A DNA stretch of 64,000 bases from a bacterium (GTDB lineage Bacteria > UBA8248 > JACPRG01 > G963555815), in the NCBI GenBank assembly GCA_965218795.1, contig OZ244653.1, forward strand, positions 1 to 64,000, read 5' to 3'. Position 1 is the stretch's first letter; each line of letters starts with the position of its first letter. A program made the position numbers and the translations under genes. Positions 30,503 through 40,724 of the stretch are shown here, piece after piece. A model generated the notes under the pieces. The model worked only from the letters and a program-made list of their open reading frames with translations. It was not told where the DNA came from and made no database searches.

Positions 30503-31042
30503 GTGAAGCATCCAAAAAAGGAAATCCGGCTGGGGATCATCTCGGATACCCATGGATATCTTGACCCTCAGATTTTTGAAATTTTCCATGGAGTCGACCA
30601 TATCCTTCATGCGGGGGATTTGGGAACGGAAGACGTGGTGATCGATCTGGAGACCATCGCGCCGCTGACCGCCGTGTCGGGCAATGTGGATGCTCATCTG
30701 CCTCGGTCCCGGTTCCCCGAGGTGAAATTTTTTGAAGCGGGGCCAAGAAGGTTTCTGGTCGTTCATGTGGGAATGTCTCGAAACAGGCCGGCGTCTCTCG
30801 TCACAGATCTGTTGAGGCAGCGGCCCGCCGACCTCGTCGTCTTCGGGCACAGCCATCAACCCTACTTCGGCCAATTGAGCGGCTGTTATTTCCTCAATCC
30901 CGGTAGCGCAGGGAAGAAGCGGTTCACGCTTCCCCGGACGGTTGTCCGGCTCGATGTCGAGGGTCCAGGCAGCATTTCGGGGGCATTTTTCTCTCTGGAG
31001 AAGAAGAAGGAAGACGAGAGGAGCTTCTGGATCGAGTGGTAA
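30503..31042 (+). CDS. YfcE-family metallophosphoesterase
   Basis: ISDTHG, HAGD, GNVD, FGHSH, NPGS. Confidence 0.9.
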   Translation: MKHPKKEIRLGIISDTHGYLDPQIFEIFHGVDHILHAGDLGTEDVVIDLETIAPLTAVSGNVDAHLPRSRFPEVKFFEAGPRRFLVVHVGMSRNRPASLVTDLLRQRPADLVVFGHSHQPYFGQLSGCYFLNPGSAGKKRFTLPRTVVRLDVEGPGSISGAFFSLEKKKEDERSFWIEW

Positions 31043-31164
31043 CGAATTGAGATGGGAGGACTTATTGCTCCAGGGCGGTCCTTGTGCCGATCGGCCGATC
31101 GCGCTGCAATGAGCTTGGGCTTCATCAAGATTCGGTTTCATTACTTTTTGGAAAGGAAGAGACG

Positions 31165-32898
31165 TTGGGAGTGATATTGGCCAGAACCGCCGGGTATTGC
31201 TGGGGAGTGAAGCGGGCTATCGATATTGCCATGGATATCGCCAAGGAAAAGGAGGGCGAGACCATTCTGACCCACGGTCCGCTGATCCACAATCCCCAGG
31301 CTGTCGACCTGCTCAAACAGAAAAAAGTCCGGCCCCTGAATGAGGAGGAGATCCCGGGCGGAGGGACGGTGCTGGTCCGCGCCCACGGAGTCAGCCCTCA
31401 AACGCGCTCAGAGATCAAGGGCTGGGGGGTCACATTGAAGGATGCCACGTGCCCCATCGTTGCCCATGTCCAGGGGAACATCAAGAAATACGCCAGGAAG
31501 GGATATTCGACGGTCATCATCGGAGAGGAAGGCCATCCCGAGGTCATCGGTTTATTGGGCTTTACGGAAGAACGAGGGCAAGTCGTCGGGACGGAGGAGG
31601 AAGTACGGGCGTTGCCCGACATGGACGGTGTGAACGTCGTCGCCCAGACGACAACCAATACGTTGGATTACGAGAAAATCGTCGCCGCGCTGCGGGGTCG
31701 GTTTCCGGACTGCGTGGTGACGAACACCATCTGTCACGACACCATCGACCGTCAGGATGAGATCGTGAGTTTGGCCGAGTCGGTGGATGCCATGGTGGTG
31801 GTTGGCGGGCACAACAGCGGGAACACTCAGCGCTTGGCCGAGATCTCCCGATCCTTCGGGAAGCCGACTTGGCACGTGGAAACCGAGGACGAGCTCGATG
31901 CAGAGGCCATCAGCAAGCATGAGGACGTAGGAGTGATCGCGGGCGCCTCGACGCCCAGTTGGATGATCCAACGGGTAATGGACGCCATCGAAGACGCCAA
32001 AGGCGAACGATCGGCCCTGGGCACCGGCTGGCAGCGAATCGTCGGGATCTTTCTCAAGACCAACCTCTTTATCGGGGCCGGGTCTGCGTTGATGACTCTG
32101 CTGGCCGTCCAGTTGCAGGGATTTCAGGCGTCGTTGTGGTATTACCTGGTTCCCGCCCTGTACGTCTTTGCGATGCACACGTTCAACTATTACAGCAATG
32201 TGGAGTCGAGCCGCTACAACGATCCCTCCCGGGCCCGTTTTTATGAGCGGTTCGGCCGCTGGATGGCCGGGGGCGCGGCGGCCGCGTTGGTCGCGGCCTT
32301 GTCTATCCTGGGGTTTCATTCCTGGCCGGCGTTCGCCATCCTGGTTCTGGCGAGCGTGATTGGATCCGTATACTGCCTCCACCTGGAACCGACCCGTTTC
32401 AAACACCTGAACCTTTGGCTGGTCCCGGCCTCCAAGTGCATCATGGCCCCGGCGGCGTGGGTTCTTGTGACGGTGGTTCTCCCCCTCTTCGTCGCGCCCG
32501 CGGGACCCTTGGCGACGTTCTCAGGCGGAACGCTGGTGGCCGTCCTCTACGTGGTGATGCTCCTCTTCTCCGTCGCGGCCATGGTGGACCTGCGTGACAT
32601 CCAGGGGGACAGGATTGTCGGGAAGGAAACCCTCCCCACCCTCATCAGCACGTGGATGACCCGAAAGGCCATTCTCGCTGTCAGCGCGGCGACGGCCGTC
32701 CTGCTGCTCGGCGCCACCTGGCTGGATGTGATTCCCCCTCTGGGATACGCGCTCTTGATTTCCCCGGTCTTCACGGCGTGGGTTCTGCATTACACCCACC
32801 GGCGCAAAGTGATGAATCTTCTGGTCAGCCAGACCCTGAGTGAGAGTTGCGTCATGCTGCCCGGAATCATCTCGCTGGGATTTTACTTGCTGACGTAA
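31165..32898 (+). CDS. ispH: IspH (LytB) fused to a C-terminal UbiA-like membrane domain
   Basis: AGYCWGV.RA, IHN, RAHG, DATCP.V, HPEV, TIC..T..RQ, GASTP; C-terminal multi-TM region with DLRDIQGD..GKETLP; TTG start. Confidence 0.9.
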   Translation: MGVILARTAGYCWGVKRAIDIAMDIAKEKEGETILTHGPLIHNPQAVDLLKQKKVRPLNEEEIPGGGTVLVRAHGVSPQTRSEIKGWGVTLKDATCPIVAHVQGNIKKYARKGYSTVIIGEEGHPEVIGLLGFTEERGQVVGTEEEVRALPDMDGVNVVAQTTTNTLDYEKIVAALRGRFPDCVVTNTICHDTIDRQDEIVSLAESVDAMVVVGGHNSGNTQRLAEISRSFGKPTWHVETEDELDAEAISKHEDVGVIAGASTPSWMIQRVMDAIEDAKGERSALGTGWQRIVGIFLKTNLFIGAGSALMTLLAVQLQGFQASLWYYLVPALYVFAMHTFNYYSNVESSRYNDPSRARFYERFGRWMAGGAAAALVAALSILGFHSWPAFAILVLASVIGSVYCLHLEPTRFKHLNLWLVPASKCIMAPAAWVLVTVVLPLFVAPAGPLATFSGGTLVAVLYVVMLLFSVAAMVDLRDIQGDRIVGKETLPTLISTWMTRKAILAVSAATAVLLLGATWLDVIPPLGYALLISPVFTAWVLHYTHRRKVMNLLVSQTLSESCVMLPGIISLGFYLLT

Positions 32899-33001
32899 GG
32901 GCGACCGGCGATCCCGCGCATGTGGTTCCGGTCTCCCGAAGGCCGCCGAAATGGGCGGCCGGATCGCAGTTTTATTGCGACGATCAACCGGGGATCGAAA
33001 T

Positions 33002-33883
33002 TTGCAGCTTCTTCGGACCTTGTTATTCGTTCCTGCAACCACCCCCGAGCGTTTCCCCAAAGCCCTGGGCTCCGGTGCGGATGCCGTGATCATCGATCTG
33101 GAAGACGCCGTTCCGCCGGGTCGGAAAAGCGAAGCCCGGCGCGCGGCAGTCGGATTCCTCGTGGGACGTCCCGAGGGCGGTCACCCGCCGGTTTTTGTTC
33201 GAATCAACGGAGCGGGAACTCCCTGGATGAACGATGACCTGGAAGCCGTCAGCCGTTTCGGATTGGCGGGAATCTTTCTCCCGAAGGCGGAGAAGCCGGA
33301 AGATGTTTCGGCGTTGGGGGAGCGTTGCGTTGCGCTTGCCGGGAAGGGCGGATTTTCACCCCCGGCCCTGGTGCCGATCGTCGAGACGGCGCGGGGCGTT
33401 CTGGATGCGTTCCCCATCGTTTCGGGCGTTCCCTCGTGCGCGGGCCTGGCCCTTGGAGGAGAGGATTTTGCCTGCGACGTCAGCGCGCTCCGGACCCCGG
33501 AAGGCCATGAGCTTTCTCTTGCCCGGATGCAAGTCGTCCTGGCTGCGCGGGCCGTTGGAGCTCTCCCAATCGATACGGTGTATACGGATTTCCGGGACGA
33601 AGCGGGTTTGATGCGCGATGCGGAGTGGGCGCGTCAATTGGGGTTCGCTGGAAAACTCGTCATCCACCCCCGCCAGGTGGGACCGGTCAATCGCGTGTTC
33701 TCCCCGAGTCCGGAAGAGGCTGAACAGGCCGGCGCCGTTGTGTCGGCTTTCGAAACGGCGCAGGGGAGAGGCGAAGCCGTGGCCAGCCTGGAGGGAAAGA
33801 TGTTGGACCCGGCCGTGGTCGATCGGGCCCGCCGTGTCGTTCGGCTGGCGAAGGCGGTCTCGCGGGTGGAGGCGGCTTCCTGA
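33002..33883 (+). CDS. CitE/HpcH-family CoA-ester lyase
   Basis: RTLLFVP, DLEDAV, VRIN, PK.E, VET..G, GGED, GK..IHP.Q. Confidence 0.9.
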   Translation: MQLLRTLLFVPATTPERFPKALGSGADAVIIDLEDAVPPGRKSEARRAAVGFLVGRPEGGHPPVFVRINGAGTPWMNDDLEAVSRFGLAGIFLPKAEKPEDVSALGERCVALAGKGGFSPPALVPIVETARGVLDAFPIVSGVPSCAGLALGGEDFACDVSALRTPEGHELSLARMQVVLAARAVGALPIDTVYTDFRDEAGLMRDAEWARQLGFAGKLVIHPRQVGPVNRVFSPSPEEAEQAGAVVSAFETAQGRGEAVASLEGKMLDPAVVDRARRVVRLAKAVSRVEAAS

Positions 33884-34788
33884 TGCGGGCCGCTGAATTC
33901 CCGGCGTTCGTATTGATCGTTGTTCTTTTCTCCGGGGTGGCGGGGCCGGCGGTGGTCGGGGCCCAAGGAAAGCCCGGCGTCATCGCCCCTCCCTTGGACA
34001 GTGGCCTCCTGCGGTATTCCCGAAAAATTGATCCAGCCCTGAAGAAGATTCTCGATAAGCGACGCCATGAGCTTATGGATATGGGCTGGCTGGAGTTCTG
34101 GGAGCGGGAGGAGGCCGTGTGGAAGCGCTTACGCCGGCTCATGAAACAGGGCGGAGAGATCGAACAGCGGCTGGTTCCACTCGAAAAGAAGAAAACCGAA
34201 CTGATTGGGAGCCTACGGAAGCTCTACCGCGAAGAACGCCCCCCATCCGATCGTATGGCGGCCCTTGTGCGGCTTCGCCGGCTTTCCTTGTCCATCCTGC
34301 CTCTGGCGGACAAACGGGCGAAGATATCGGGCGAAATGAAGTCTCTTTTTGATGAATGGCTGCTCTTTCAGAATTTGGCGCAGGAGCTCATCAAACGCGA
34401 GTCTGGCCGGGTCCAGGCTGATTTCGCCTCCTCGGTGGTCGACAGCTACGTGGGGGCTTTTCGAAATGGAAATGTCAAGGCAATTCGAGGGCTTCTGTTT
34501 CGGGGGATTAAAGTCAACGGCCGATTCGATCGCCGATCCTACATGGGTCGCCTAGAGGCGTATTTCAAGCGTGTCAAAGTGACCGCCTATGAAGTCGAAA
34601 ACAAGGATTTTCGCGAGGTCAATCCCTTCACGGTTCGTGTGGATGGGAAATACAAGATGGATGAATCCGAAATCGGCCAGGATACCGGGAAATCGCCCCG
34701 AAGCCGGACCCGGCAGGGGAACATATCATTCACCCTCAGGGAAGTGCGGGGAAGGTGGCTGATTGCAGAGATGGACGTTCCCGACTGA
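33883..34788 (+). CDS. Hypothetical exported protein: helical N-terminal part and NTF2-like C-terminal domain
   Basis: Signal peptide; Y..AF..G....I and terminal F.L....G.W.I pattern; start overlaps upstream stop. Confidence 0.6.
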   Translation: MRAAEFPAFVLIVVLFSGVAGPAVVGAQGKPGVIAPPLDSGLLRYSRKIDPALKKILDKRRHELMDMGWLEFWEREEAVWKRLRRLMKQGGEIEQRLVPLEKKKTELIGSLRKLYREERPPSDRMAALVRLRRLSLSILPLADKRAKISGEMKSLFDEWLLFQNLAQELIKRESGRVQADFASSVVDSYVGAFRNGNVKAIRGLLFRGIKVNGRFDRRSYMGRLEAYFKRVKVTAYEVENKDFREVNPFTVRVDGKYKMDESEIGQDTGKSPRSRTRQGNISFTLREVRGRWLIAEMDVPD

Positions 34789-34827
34789 GCCGCCATTCCA
34801 AGGCTCTCCCCCTTCACCAAGGGACGT

Positions 34828-35553
34828 CTAGACGTATTCCCACCCGCCGCTCTTTCGCCTCTTGCGACGCCCGATGTCGGTCATCTCTTCCGCAGTCACC
34901 CCGTCGAATACCGGGCCGTCCGTGCAGACGCGGTATCCGTTGCACGTGCATTGACCACATAAACCGATGGCGCACTTCATATACCGCTCCAGGGAATAAA
35001 AGGATTGCTCGGCCGGAAGAAGGGACTTGAGGGCGGCCATCATTTTGTCCGGTCCGCAGACGCAGTAATACTTCCCCTCCTGGGGCAGCAGGTCGGTGAT
35101 CAACCCCTGGGTCCCCAGCGAGCCGTCTTCCGTCGCCACTCGGACGGTGCCGGACTTCTCGAATTCGTCCAGGTAGATGATGTCCTGTGCCGTTCGCCCC
35201 CCCAGGAGGATCGTCGGGTTCTGTGTCCGCTTGGCCAGGACGAGCAGCGCGGCGATTCCGACTCCGCCGCCGAGGAGGACCGGCCCGGCGTCGACGGGAA
35301 AGCTCGTGCCATATGGACCCCGGACCCAGATGGAATCGCCCGGGTTCAGAGCGAGCAGACGCTCGCTGTACCAACCCAGATCCTTTACGGTGATGGCATT
35401 GTCGTACGAAAGAGAAAATGGCTTCTCGCTCTCCCCCGGAACCCACGCCATGACGAATTGTCCCGGCTGGACATCGAACGCGTAGTCGAGGAAGAGTGTG
35501 TGGTTGTTGCCTCCGTCGTTTCTGTTCTGCGTGATTTTGCAGTGAATGTGCAT
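34828..35553 (-). CDS. pyrK: Dihydroorotate dehydrogenase electron transfer subunit
   Basis: PGQFVM, KPFSLS, RGPYG, GGGVG, CGP..M, MKCAIGLCGQC...VC.DGPVF. Confidence 0.9.
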   Translation of the reverse strand: MHIHCKITQNRNDGGNNHTLFLDYAFDVQPGQFVMAWVPGESEKPFSLSYDNAITVKDLGWYSERLLALNPGDSIWVRGPYGTSFPVDAGPVLLGGGVGIAALLVLAKRTQNPTILLGGRTAQDIIYLDEFEKSGTVRVATEDGSLGTQGLITDLLPQEGKYYCVCGPDKMMAALKSLLPAEQSFYSLERYMKCAIGLCGQCTCNGYRVCTDGPVFDGVTAEEMTDIGRRKRRKSGGWEYV

Positions 35554-35564
35554 AGCGTCGCTTT

Positions 35565-36500
35565 CTAAGGTGCCTTGCCGCTCAGATCAAAGACAGTCCG
35601 GTGTGCGGCGCCGATGACGGACTCGAGCAATTCGTCCTTCAGGTAATCCTTCACGCCGGACCAAAGCGCGCCCGTATCCCGGACGATGTCGGACGTGCTG
35701 CGATGGGCAAAGAACGTCCCAAGCCCGATGACGCAGGCCCCCGCCAACAGGTACTCCACCGCGTCTTCCCAGGTCATGATCCCGCCATAGGCCACAATGG
35801 GACATCCGAGTGCCGCGTAGATGTCGTAGACCATTTTGAGGTTGACGGGTTTCAGGGCGGGTCCGGAGATGCCGCCGGTCCTTCCCGCCAGGACGGGCGC
35901 GCGCGCATGAATGTCGATGGCGATGGCGGGAAGGGTGTTCCCGCAGCCGAGGGCGTCGGCGCCCGCATCGATGCAGGCCCGGCCTACATCGACGTATTTC
36001 GTGTCGGGCGAGAGCTTGGCGATGACCGGCTTGCCGGTGGCCGACTTCGCCGCGCGGACGACGCGGGCGGCGGCTTCCGGGTGACGTCCGACGATCGCCA
36101 TGACGCTTTCCTCGCCGGGCACGAGGTTCGGGCAGCTCAGGTTCAACTCATAGCCGTCCGCAAAAGGGTCTGCCATTTCGATGATTTTTTCGACGCCTTC
36201 GGGACTCACCCCGTTGACCGAAACGATGAGCTTGGATCGCGCGAGGCGGGTTTCCCGGAGCTCATCGAGCCATTCTTCGGGCGTTTGGGAGGGAAGCGCC
36301 AGGGAATTGAGGGTAGGACGGTCGTCGGAGGCGGCTTCTACAATGATTGGATTTTCGTTCCCCAGTCTCTCACGGGGGCCGATGGATTTTGTGATATAGC
36401 CGCCAATGGCGGCGCCTTTGCGGTCCAGCAGTTGGAAGATATCAAGAAAGCTGAGGATTCCGCTTGCGTTGACGATGGGTGGATCGAGATCCAGAAACAT
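35565..36500 (-). CDS. pyrD: Dihydroorotate dehydrogenase class 1B catalytic subunit
   Basis: NASG, TKS, ELNLSCPN, AKLSP, NT, GGISG..LKP, GGI; adjacent pyrK. Confidence 0.85.
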   Translation of the reverse strand: MFLDLDPPIVNASGILSFLDIFQLLDRKGAAIGGYITKSIGPRERLGNENPIIVEAASDDRPTLNSLALPSQTPEEWLDELRETRLARSKLIVSVNGVSPEGVEKIIEMADPFADGYELNLSCPNLVPGEESVMAIVGRHPEAAARVVRAAKSATGKPVIAKLSPDTKYVDVGRACIDAGADALGCGNTLPAIAIDIHARAPVLAGRTGGISGPALKPVNLKMVYDIYAALGCPIVAYGGIMTWEDAVEYLLAGACVIGLGTFFAHRSTSDIVRDTGALWSGVKDYLKDELLESVIGAAHRTVFDLSGKAP

Positions 36501-36713
36501 GGGCGCCTCGCTATGGGCGCAGGGGAGGCACTGAGGCTTGGGGTTATCGATTGATCCGGATTTATATCACGGATTGTGTCCGGTGGGATAGGAGGCGGCC
36601 AACATTCAGCCGGAGGGAGATGCGAGGGCTGGCTTCTTGCAATTCTCCGGTGGGCATATAATATTTTTGGGTGGTGTAAAAAGAGACCCCGCATTCGGAG
36701 CAGAGGGACCCGG

Positions 36714-37520
36714 ATGAGTTCTTTGTTCCTCCTGAAGACGATTCTTCTCTCTGTCGCCTTGATAGGTTACTTCGCCGGCGCGCTGGGGCACATCTATTAC
36801 TTCCTCTCCCACCGAAGCCGCATTCTGTGGATGGCCGCCGTGGGCGTAGCCGTCGGCTTCGCCGCACACACCGCAGCCCTAATCACCCGTTTTGTGGACC
36901 TCGGTACGATCCCCGTCACCCAACTGTTTGATTTCCTCATGGTGTTTGCTTGGGCCGCGGCCTTTGCATACGGAATCGCCCAACTTCGCCTGAAAATGGC
37001 CCATCTGGGTCTGTTCGTCGTCCCGGTGATATTTCTCGTGCTGGCGGCCGCATTTCTTCAGCCCAAGACAGGGGTGGAGGCGGTGCCTCCTTTCGACAGC
37101 GTTTGGCTGACCATTCACATCGTTATGGCATTTTTGGGCGCGGCGGCGTTCGTGGTGCTCTTCAGCATGGGCATCATGTACATGATTCAAGAGCGGCAGG
37201 TCAAAAGGAAGCAGTTTGGAGCGTGGTTCTACAGGCTGCCTTCTCTGGATGTCCTGGATGGGGGCAGTTTTTGGGCACTGGTGCTCGGGTTCCCGATGCT
37301 GACCCTCGGATTGGTCTCGGGGTCGGTCTGGGCGGCCTATGTCCGCGGGTCCTACTGGAGCTGGAATTTCGAGCGTACCCTGCCCCTCGTCGTCATCTGG
37401 GGAGCTTACGGGCTCCTGCTGGTGGGACGGTTGGCCGCCGGGTGGCGGGGGCGCAAGGCCGCAATCTGTTCGGTCATCGGGTTCGTGGGCGTATTGATCG
37501 CCTACCTCCTGCACTTGTGA
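36714..37520 (+). CDS. ccsA: CcsA/HemX-like membrane protein
   Basis: About 8 TM; WL.IH, MY..QE...K.K, LPSL..LD, GFP.LT.G..SG..W, GWRG. Confidence 0.8.
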   Translation: MSSLFLLKTILLSVALIGYFAGALGHIYYFLSHRSRILWMAAVGVAVGFAAHTAALITRFVDLGTIPVTQLFDFLMVFAWAAAFAYGIAQLRLKMAHLGLFVVPVIFLVLAAAFLQPKTGVEAVPPFDSVWLTIHIVMAFLGAAAFVVLFSMGIMYMIQERQVKRKQFGAWFYRLPSLDVLDGGSFWALVLGFPMLTLGLVSGSVWAAYVRGSYWSWNFERTLPLVVIWGAYGLLLVGRLAAGWRGRKAAICSVIGFVGVLIAYLLHL

Positions 37521-37528
37521 GGAACAGC

Positions 37529-38794
37529 GTGGAGCTGCTCGTCACCGGGATCAGTCATAAGCGAACCCCCCTGGAGATCCGCGAACGGCTCTATTTCGAC
37601 GAGAGTGACCTCAGGACGCCCATCCTGGAGTTGTTCGCCCGAAGTCCGATCGAAGAGGCTGTCCTGCTCTCCACCTGCAACCGGATCGAGGTCTACGCGC
37701 GCGCGGAGGAATTCGAACCGGCATGTCAATCGATCCAGGAGTTTTTCGGCCAGTATCACGAGGTCCCGCAATCGGTCTTGAAAGAACACTGCTACGCCAT
37801 GAAGCTCAAGGAGACCGTCCGTCATGCCTTCCGCGTGGCATCCTCCCTGGATTCGATGGTGGTGGGGGAGCCCCAGATATTGGGTCAGGTCAAAGCCGCC
37901 TACCGAACTGCGCTGGAGGCGGGCTGCACGGGGGTTTACCTGAACCAGTTGTTCGAGAAAGGATTCGCTGTCGCCAAGCGGGTCCGCACGGAGACGGACA
38001 TCGGTGAGAATGCCGTGTCGGTTAGCTACGCGGCGGTCGAGCTGGCCCGGAAGATTTTCGGAACACTGAGGGATCAGCGGGTCATGCTGGTGGGGGCCGG
38101 AGAGATGGCCGAGCTCGCCGCGCAACATCTCGTTCAACTTGGAGTGAGGAGCGTCCAGGTCGCCAATCGTTCTGATGACAGGGCCGTCGATCTGGCCGCC
38201 CGATTTGGCGGTCAGGCGATTGAATTCAACCATCTGGAGGCGGAATTGGTAGGCTCGGATATCGTCTTGTGTTCGACTGGCGCGCCCCACCCCATCATCC
38301 ACCGGGAGGCGGTCCAGCGGCTGATGCGTCACCGTCGCAACCGGCCTATGTTCTTTATCGATATCGCTATTCCGCGCGATGTAGCGCCCGAGGTTCAAGA
38401 CATCGATAACGCATTTGTCTATGACATCGATGACCTGGAGCACGTGGTCACCGCGAATATCCAGGAACGGGAGCGGGAGGCCGTGCGGGCCGAGAGCTTG
38501 ATCGAGGAGGAATGCCTGGCGTTCCTGCGCTGGATGGAAACCCTGGAGGCCGTTCCGACGATTGTGTCACTCCGGGAGCAGGCCGAGGCCGTCCGGCGGA
38601 AAGAGCTGGAAGAGCTTCGCTCGAAGTTGAGAACGCTCAGCCCGGAAGAGGAAGAGGCCGTGAACGCCTTGACGACCGCCCTGGTCAACAAGATCCTTCA
38701 CGCGCCCATCACAGAGCTCAAGCGCCGCGCTGCAAGCGAAGATGCCCCGGCCTATCTTCGCGTAGCGCGGAGTCTGTTTGGTCTGGATGAATAG
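37529..38794 (+). CDS. hemA: Glutamyl-tRNA reductase
   Basis: LSTCNRIE, SSLDSMVVGEPQILGQVK, GAGEM, DIAIPRD; GTG start at 37529. Confidence 0.97.
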   Translation: MELLVTGISHKRTPLEIRERLYFDESDLRTPILELFARSPIEEAVLLSTCNRIEVYARAEEFEPACQSIQEFFGQYHEVPQSVLKEHCYAMKLKETVRHAFRVASSLDSMVVGEPQILGQVKAAYRTALEAGCTGVYLNQLFEKGFAVAKRVRTETDIGENAVSVSYAAVELARKIFGTLRDQRVMLVGAGEMAELAAQHLVQLGVRSVQVANRSDDRAVDLAARFGGQAIEFNHLEAELVGSDIVLCSTGAPHPIIHREAVQRLMRHRRNRPMFFIDIAIPRDVAPEVQDIDNAFVYDIDDLEHVVTANIQEREREAVRAESLIEEECLAFLRWMETLEAVPTIVSLREQAEAVRRKELEELRSKLRTLSPEEEEAVNALTTALVNKILHAPITELKRRAASEDAPAYLRVARSLFGLDE

Positions 38795-39776
38795 CCCGAT
38801 TTCCGGGGACGCCCCCGAATCCCGCGCGCCGCCAACCTTCAGCGGCTCGTCCCGGACGCTCCGTGTGGGAACTCGCGGCAGCATGTTGGCCCTGCGCCAA
38901 GCCGAATCCGTCCGGGATGCCCTGAAGGCGCTTGGCGTGAACGCCGAAATCGTCGAAATTCGGACAGAAGGGGATCGGATCCTCGACCGCCCACTTCCGG
39001 CCATCGGAGGAAAGGGGGTCTTCACCAAGGAAATTGAAGACGCGTTGCTGGAGGGTCGGATTGATCTGGCGGTCCACAGCCTGAAGGATTTGCCGACCGA
39101 GCTGCCGCAGGGACTGTCCATCGGGGCCGTTACGGTCCGCGAGAATCCCCGGGATGTTTTCATCGGCAGGATCGGCGCGCCGACATTGTCCGACCTCTCC
39201 CAGGGGGCGCGGGTGGGGACCGGAAGCCTTCGCCGAAAGGCCCAGCTTCGAGCCTTTCGGCCCGATCTGGAGATGGTGGATATCCGGGGAAATCTGGATA
39301 CCCGGCTGAGGAAGCTGGAGGAGGGCCAGGTCGACGGCATCGTCCTGGCGGCGGCGGGTTTTCTTCGGCTGGGGTGGACGGAACGGATATCCCAGTACCT
39401 GCCGCCGGAAGTCTGCTTGCCGGCTGTGGGGCAAGGGGCGCTCGCCTTGGAGGCACGAGAGGGCGACCCGGAAAACGGGGTGTGGGCTGCGGGATTGGAT
39501 CACCCGGAAACCCGGCGGGCCGTTGAAGCCGAGCGCGCGTTGCTGAGGCGACTGGAGGGCGGATGCCAGGTTCCCATCGGTGCGTTGGCCGAAGTCGCGA
39601 ACGGTGAGATTTGCCTGAAAGGGGTCATCGCGTCCCTGGACGGCCGCTCGTTGGTACGGGGTGAACAGCGCGGAGCCGATCCGGAAAAAGTCGGGATGGG
39701 GCTGGCCGAGGACCTTCTCGAGCGCGGGGGAGAGGGACTCCTCGAAGAGATTCGTTCGACGGAAGGTCTCCACTAG
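38787..39776 (+). CDS. hemC: Porphobilinogen deaminase
   Basis: GTRGS.LAL.Q, GKGVFTKE, AVHSLKD, GTGSLRR, RGNLDTRL, GGCQVP. Confidence 0.97.
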   Translation: MNSPISGDAPESRAPPTFSGSSRTLRVGTRGSMLALRQAESVRDALKALGVNAEIVEIRTEGDRILDRPLPAIGGKGVFTKEIEDALLEGRIDLAVHSLKDLPTELPQGLSIGAVTVRENPRDVFIGRIGAPTLSDLSQGARVGTGSLRRKAQLRAFRPDLEMVDIRGNLDTRLRKLEEGQVDGIVLAAAGFLRLGWTERISQYLPPEVCLPAVGQGALALEAREGDPENGVWAAGLDHPETRRAVEAERALLRRLEGGCQVPIGALAEVANGEICLKGVIASLDGRSLVRGEQRGADPEKVGMGLAEDLLERGGEGLLEEIRSTEGLH

Positions 39777-39823
39777 CGCCGGGTGTGCCGCTTGAGTGCG
39801 TCAAGGGGCTGGAGAGGACTCGG

Positions 39824-40597
39824 ATGTCCATCAGCGGGACGCGAATCGTTATCACACGAGCCAAGGAACAGGCGGGAGAGTTCTCCGAGCGGCTTCGGGC
39901 CGAAGGGGCCGAAGTGATCGAATTTCCGACCATTTCCATTCGGCCGCCTGAAAGCTACGCAGCCCTGGACGAGGCGTTTCTCCGTTTGCCGGATTATGAT
40001 TGGGTCATCTTCACGAGCGTCAACGGCGTAAAGGCGTTTTTCGAGAGGTTGGAGGCTCAGGGGGAGGATGCCTCAGCCCTGGCGAACCTGAAGATTTGCG
40101 CCATCGGTCCGGCAACGGCGAAGGTTTTGGGGGACCGGGGGTTTGACGCAGACCTGATTCCCGAAAAATTTCAAGCCGAGGGGATCCTGGAGACTTGGCG
40201 CGGTATTTCGCTGCGGGGCCTGCGCATCCTTCTTCCACGCGCGGCTGTCGCCCGAGAGGTATTGCCCGATGAACTGCGGAAAGCGGGCGCGGGGGTCGAC
40301 GTCGTCCCCGCCTATCGAACCGTTCCCTCGGATGGAGAGGAGACTGTTCGCGAGCACATCCTCTCGGGCGCGATCGATGTGGTGACCTTTACCAGCCCAT
40401 CGACGGTCGAGAACTTTTGCGGCATGTTTTCCGAGGCCGAGCGTTCCCGGTTTGACGGGTTGTTCGACATCGCCGTCATCGGCCCGATCACGCGCGACCG
40501 GGCGGAGTCATTCGGCCTGAAGGTGGCGATTGAGGCCGACCCATTTACCATCCCCGCCCTGACGAATGCCATCGTCCAACACTTCACCGCCGCATAG
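39824..40597 (+). CDS. hemD: Uroporphyrinogen-III synthase
   Basis: ITR..EQ, FTSVNGV, IGPAT, YRT, FTSPSTV. Confidence 0.92.
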   Translation: MSISGTRIVITRAKEQAGEFSERLRAEGAEVIEFPTISIRPPESYAALDEAFLRLPDYDWVIFTSVNGVKAFFERLEAQGEDASALANLKICAIGPATAKVLGDRGFDADLIPEKFQAEGILETWRGISLRGLRILLPRAAVAREVLPDELRKAGAGVDVVPAYRTVPSDGEETVREHILSGAIDVVTFTSPSTVENFCGMFSEAERSRFDGLFDIAVIGPITRDRAESFGLKVAIEADPFTIPALTNAIVQHFTAA

Positions 40598-40724
40598 CGG
40601 ACTCTCCCCTCCCAGGAGGGCCCCTGATTAGGGGTTGCCCACAGGGCGCTGCGGGCGGGTTGTGCGAACCAAATTTTGCGAAGTATCATCGGGATGTTAG
40701 AAAAGACTGTGAGAAAGGCGCAGC

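Noticed and set aside
36950-37528. Apparent N-terminal extensions of HemA (and of LivM at 56696-57382)
   Set aside because: Open frames overlapping the upstream gene; real starts are 37529 and 57383, so these are not fusions
36714-40597. ccsA-hemA-hemC-hemD as a novel arrangement
   Set aside because: Common heme operon layout
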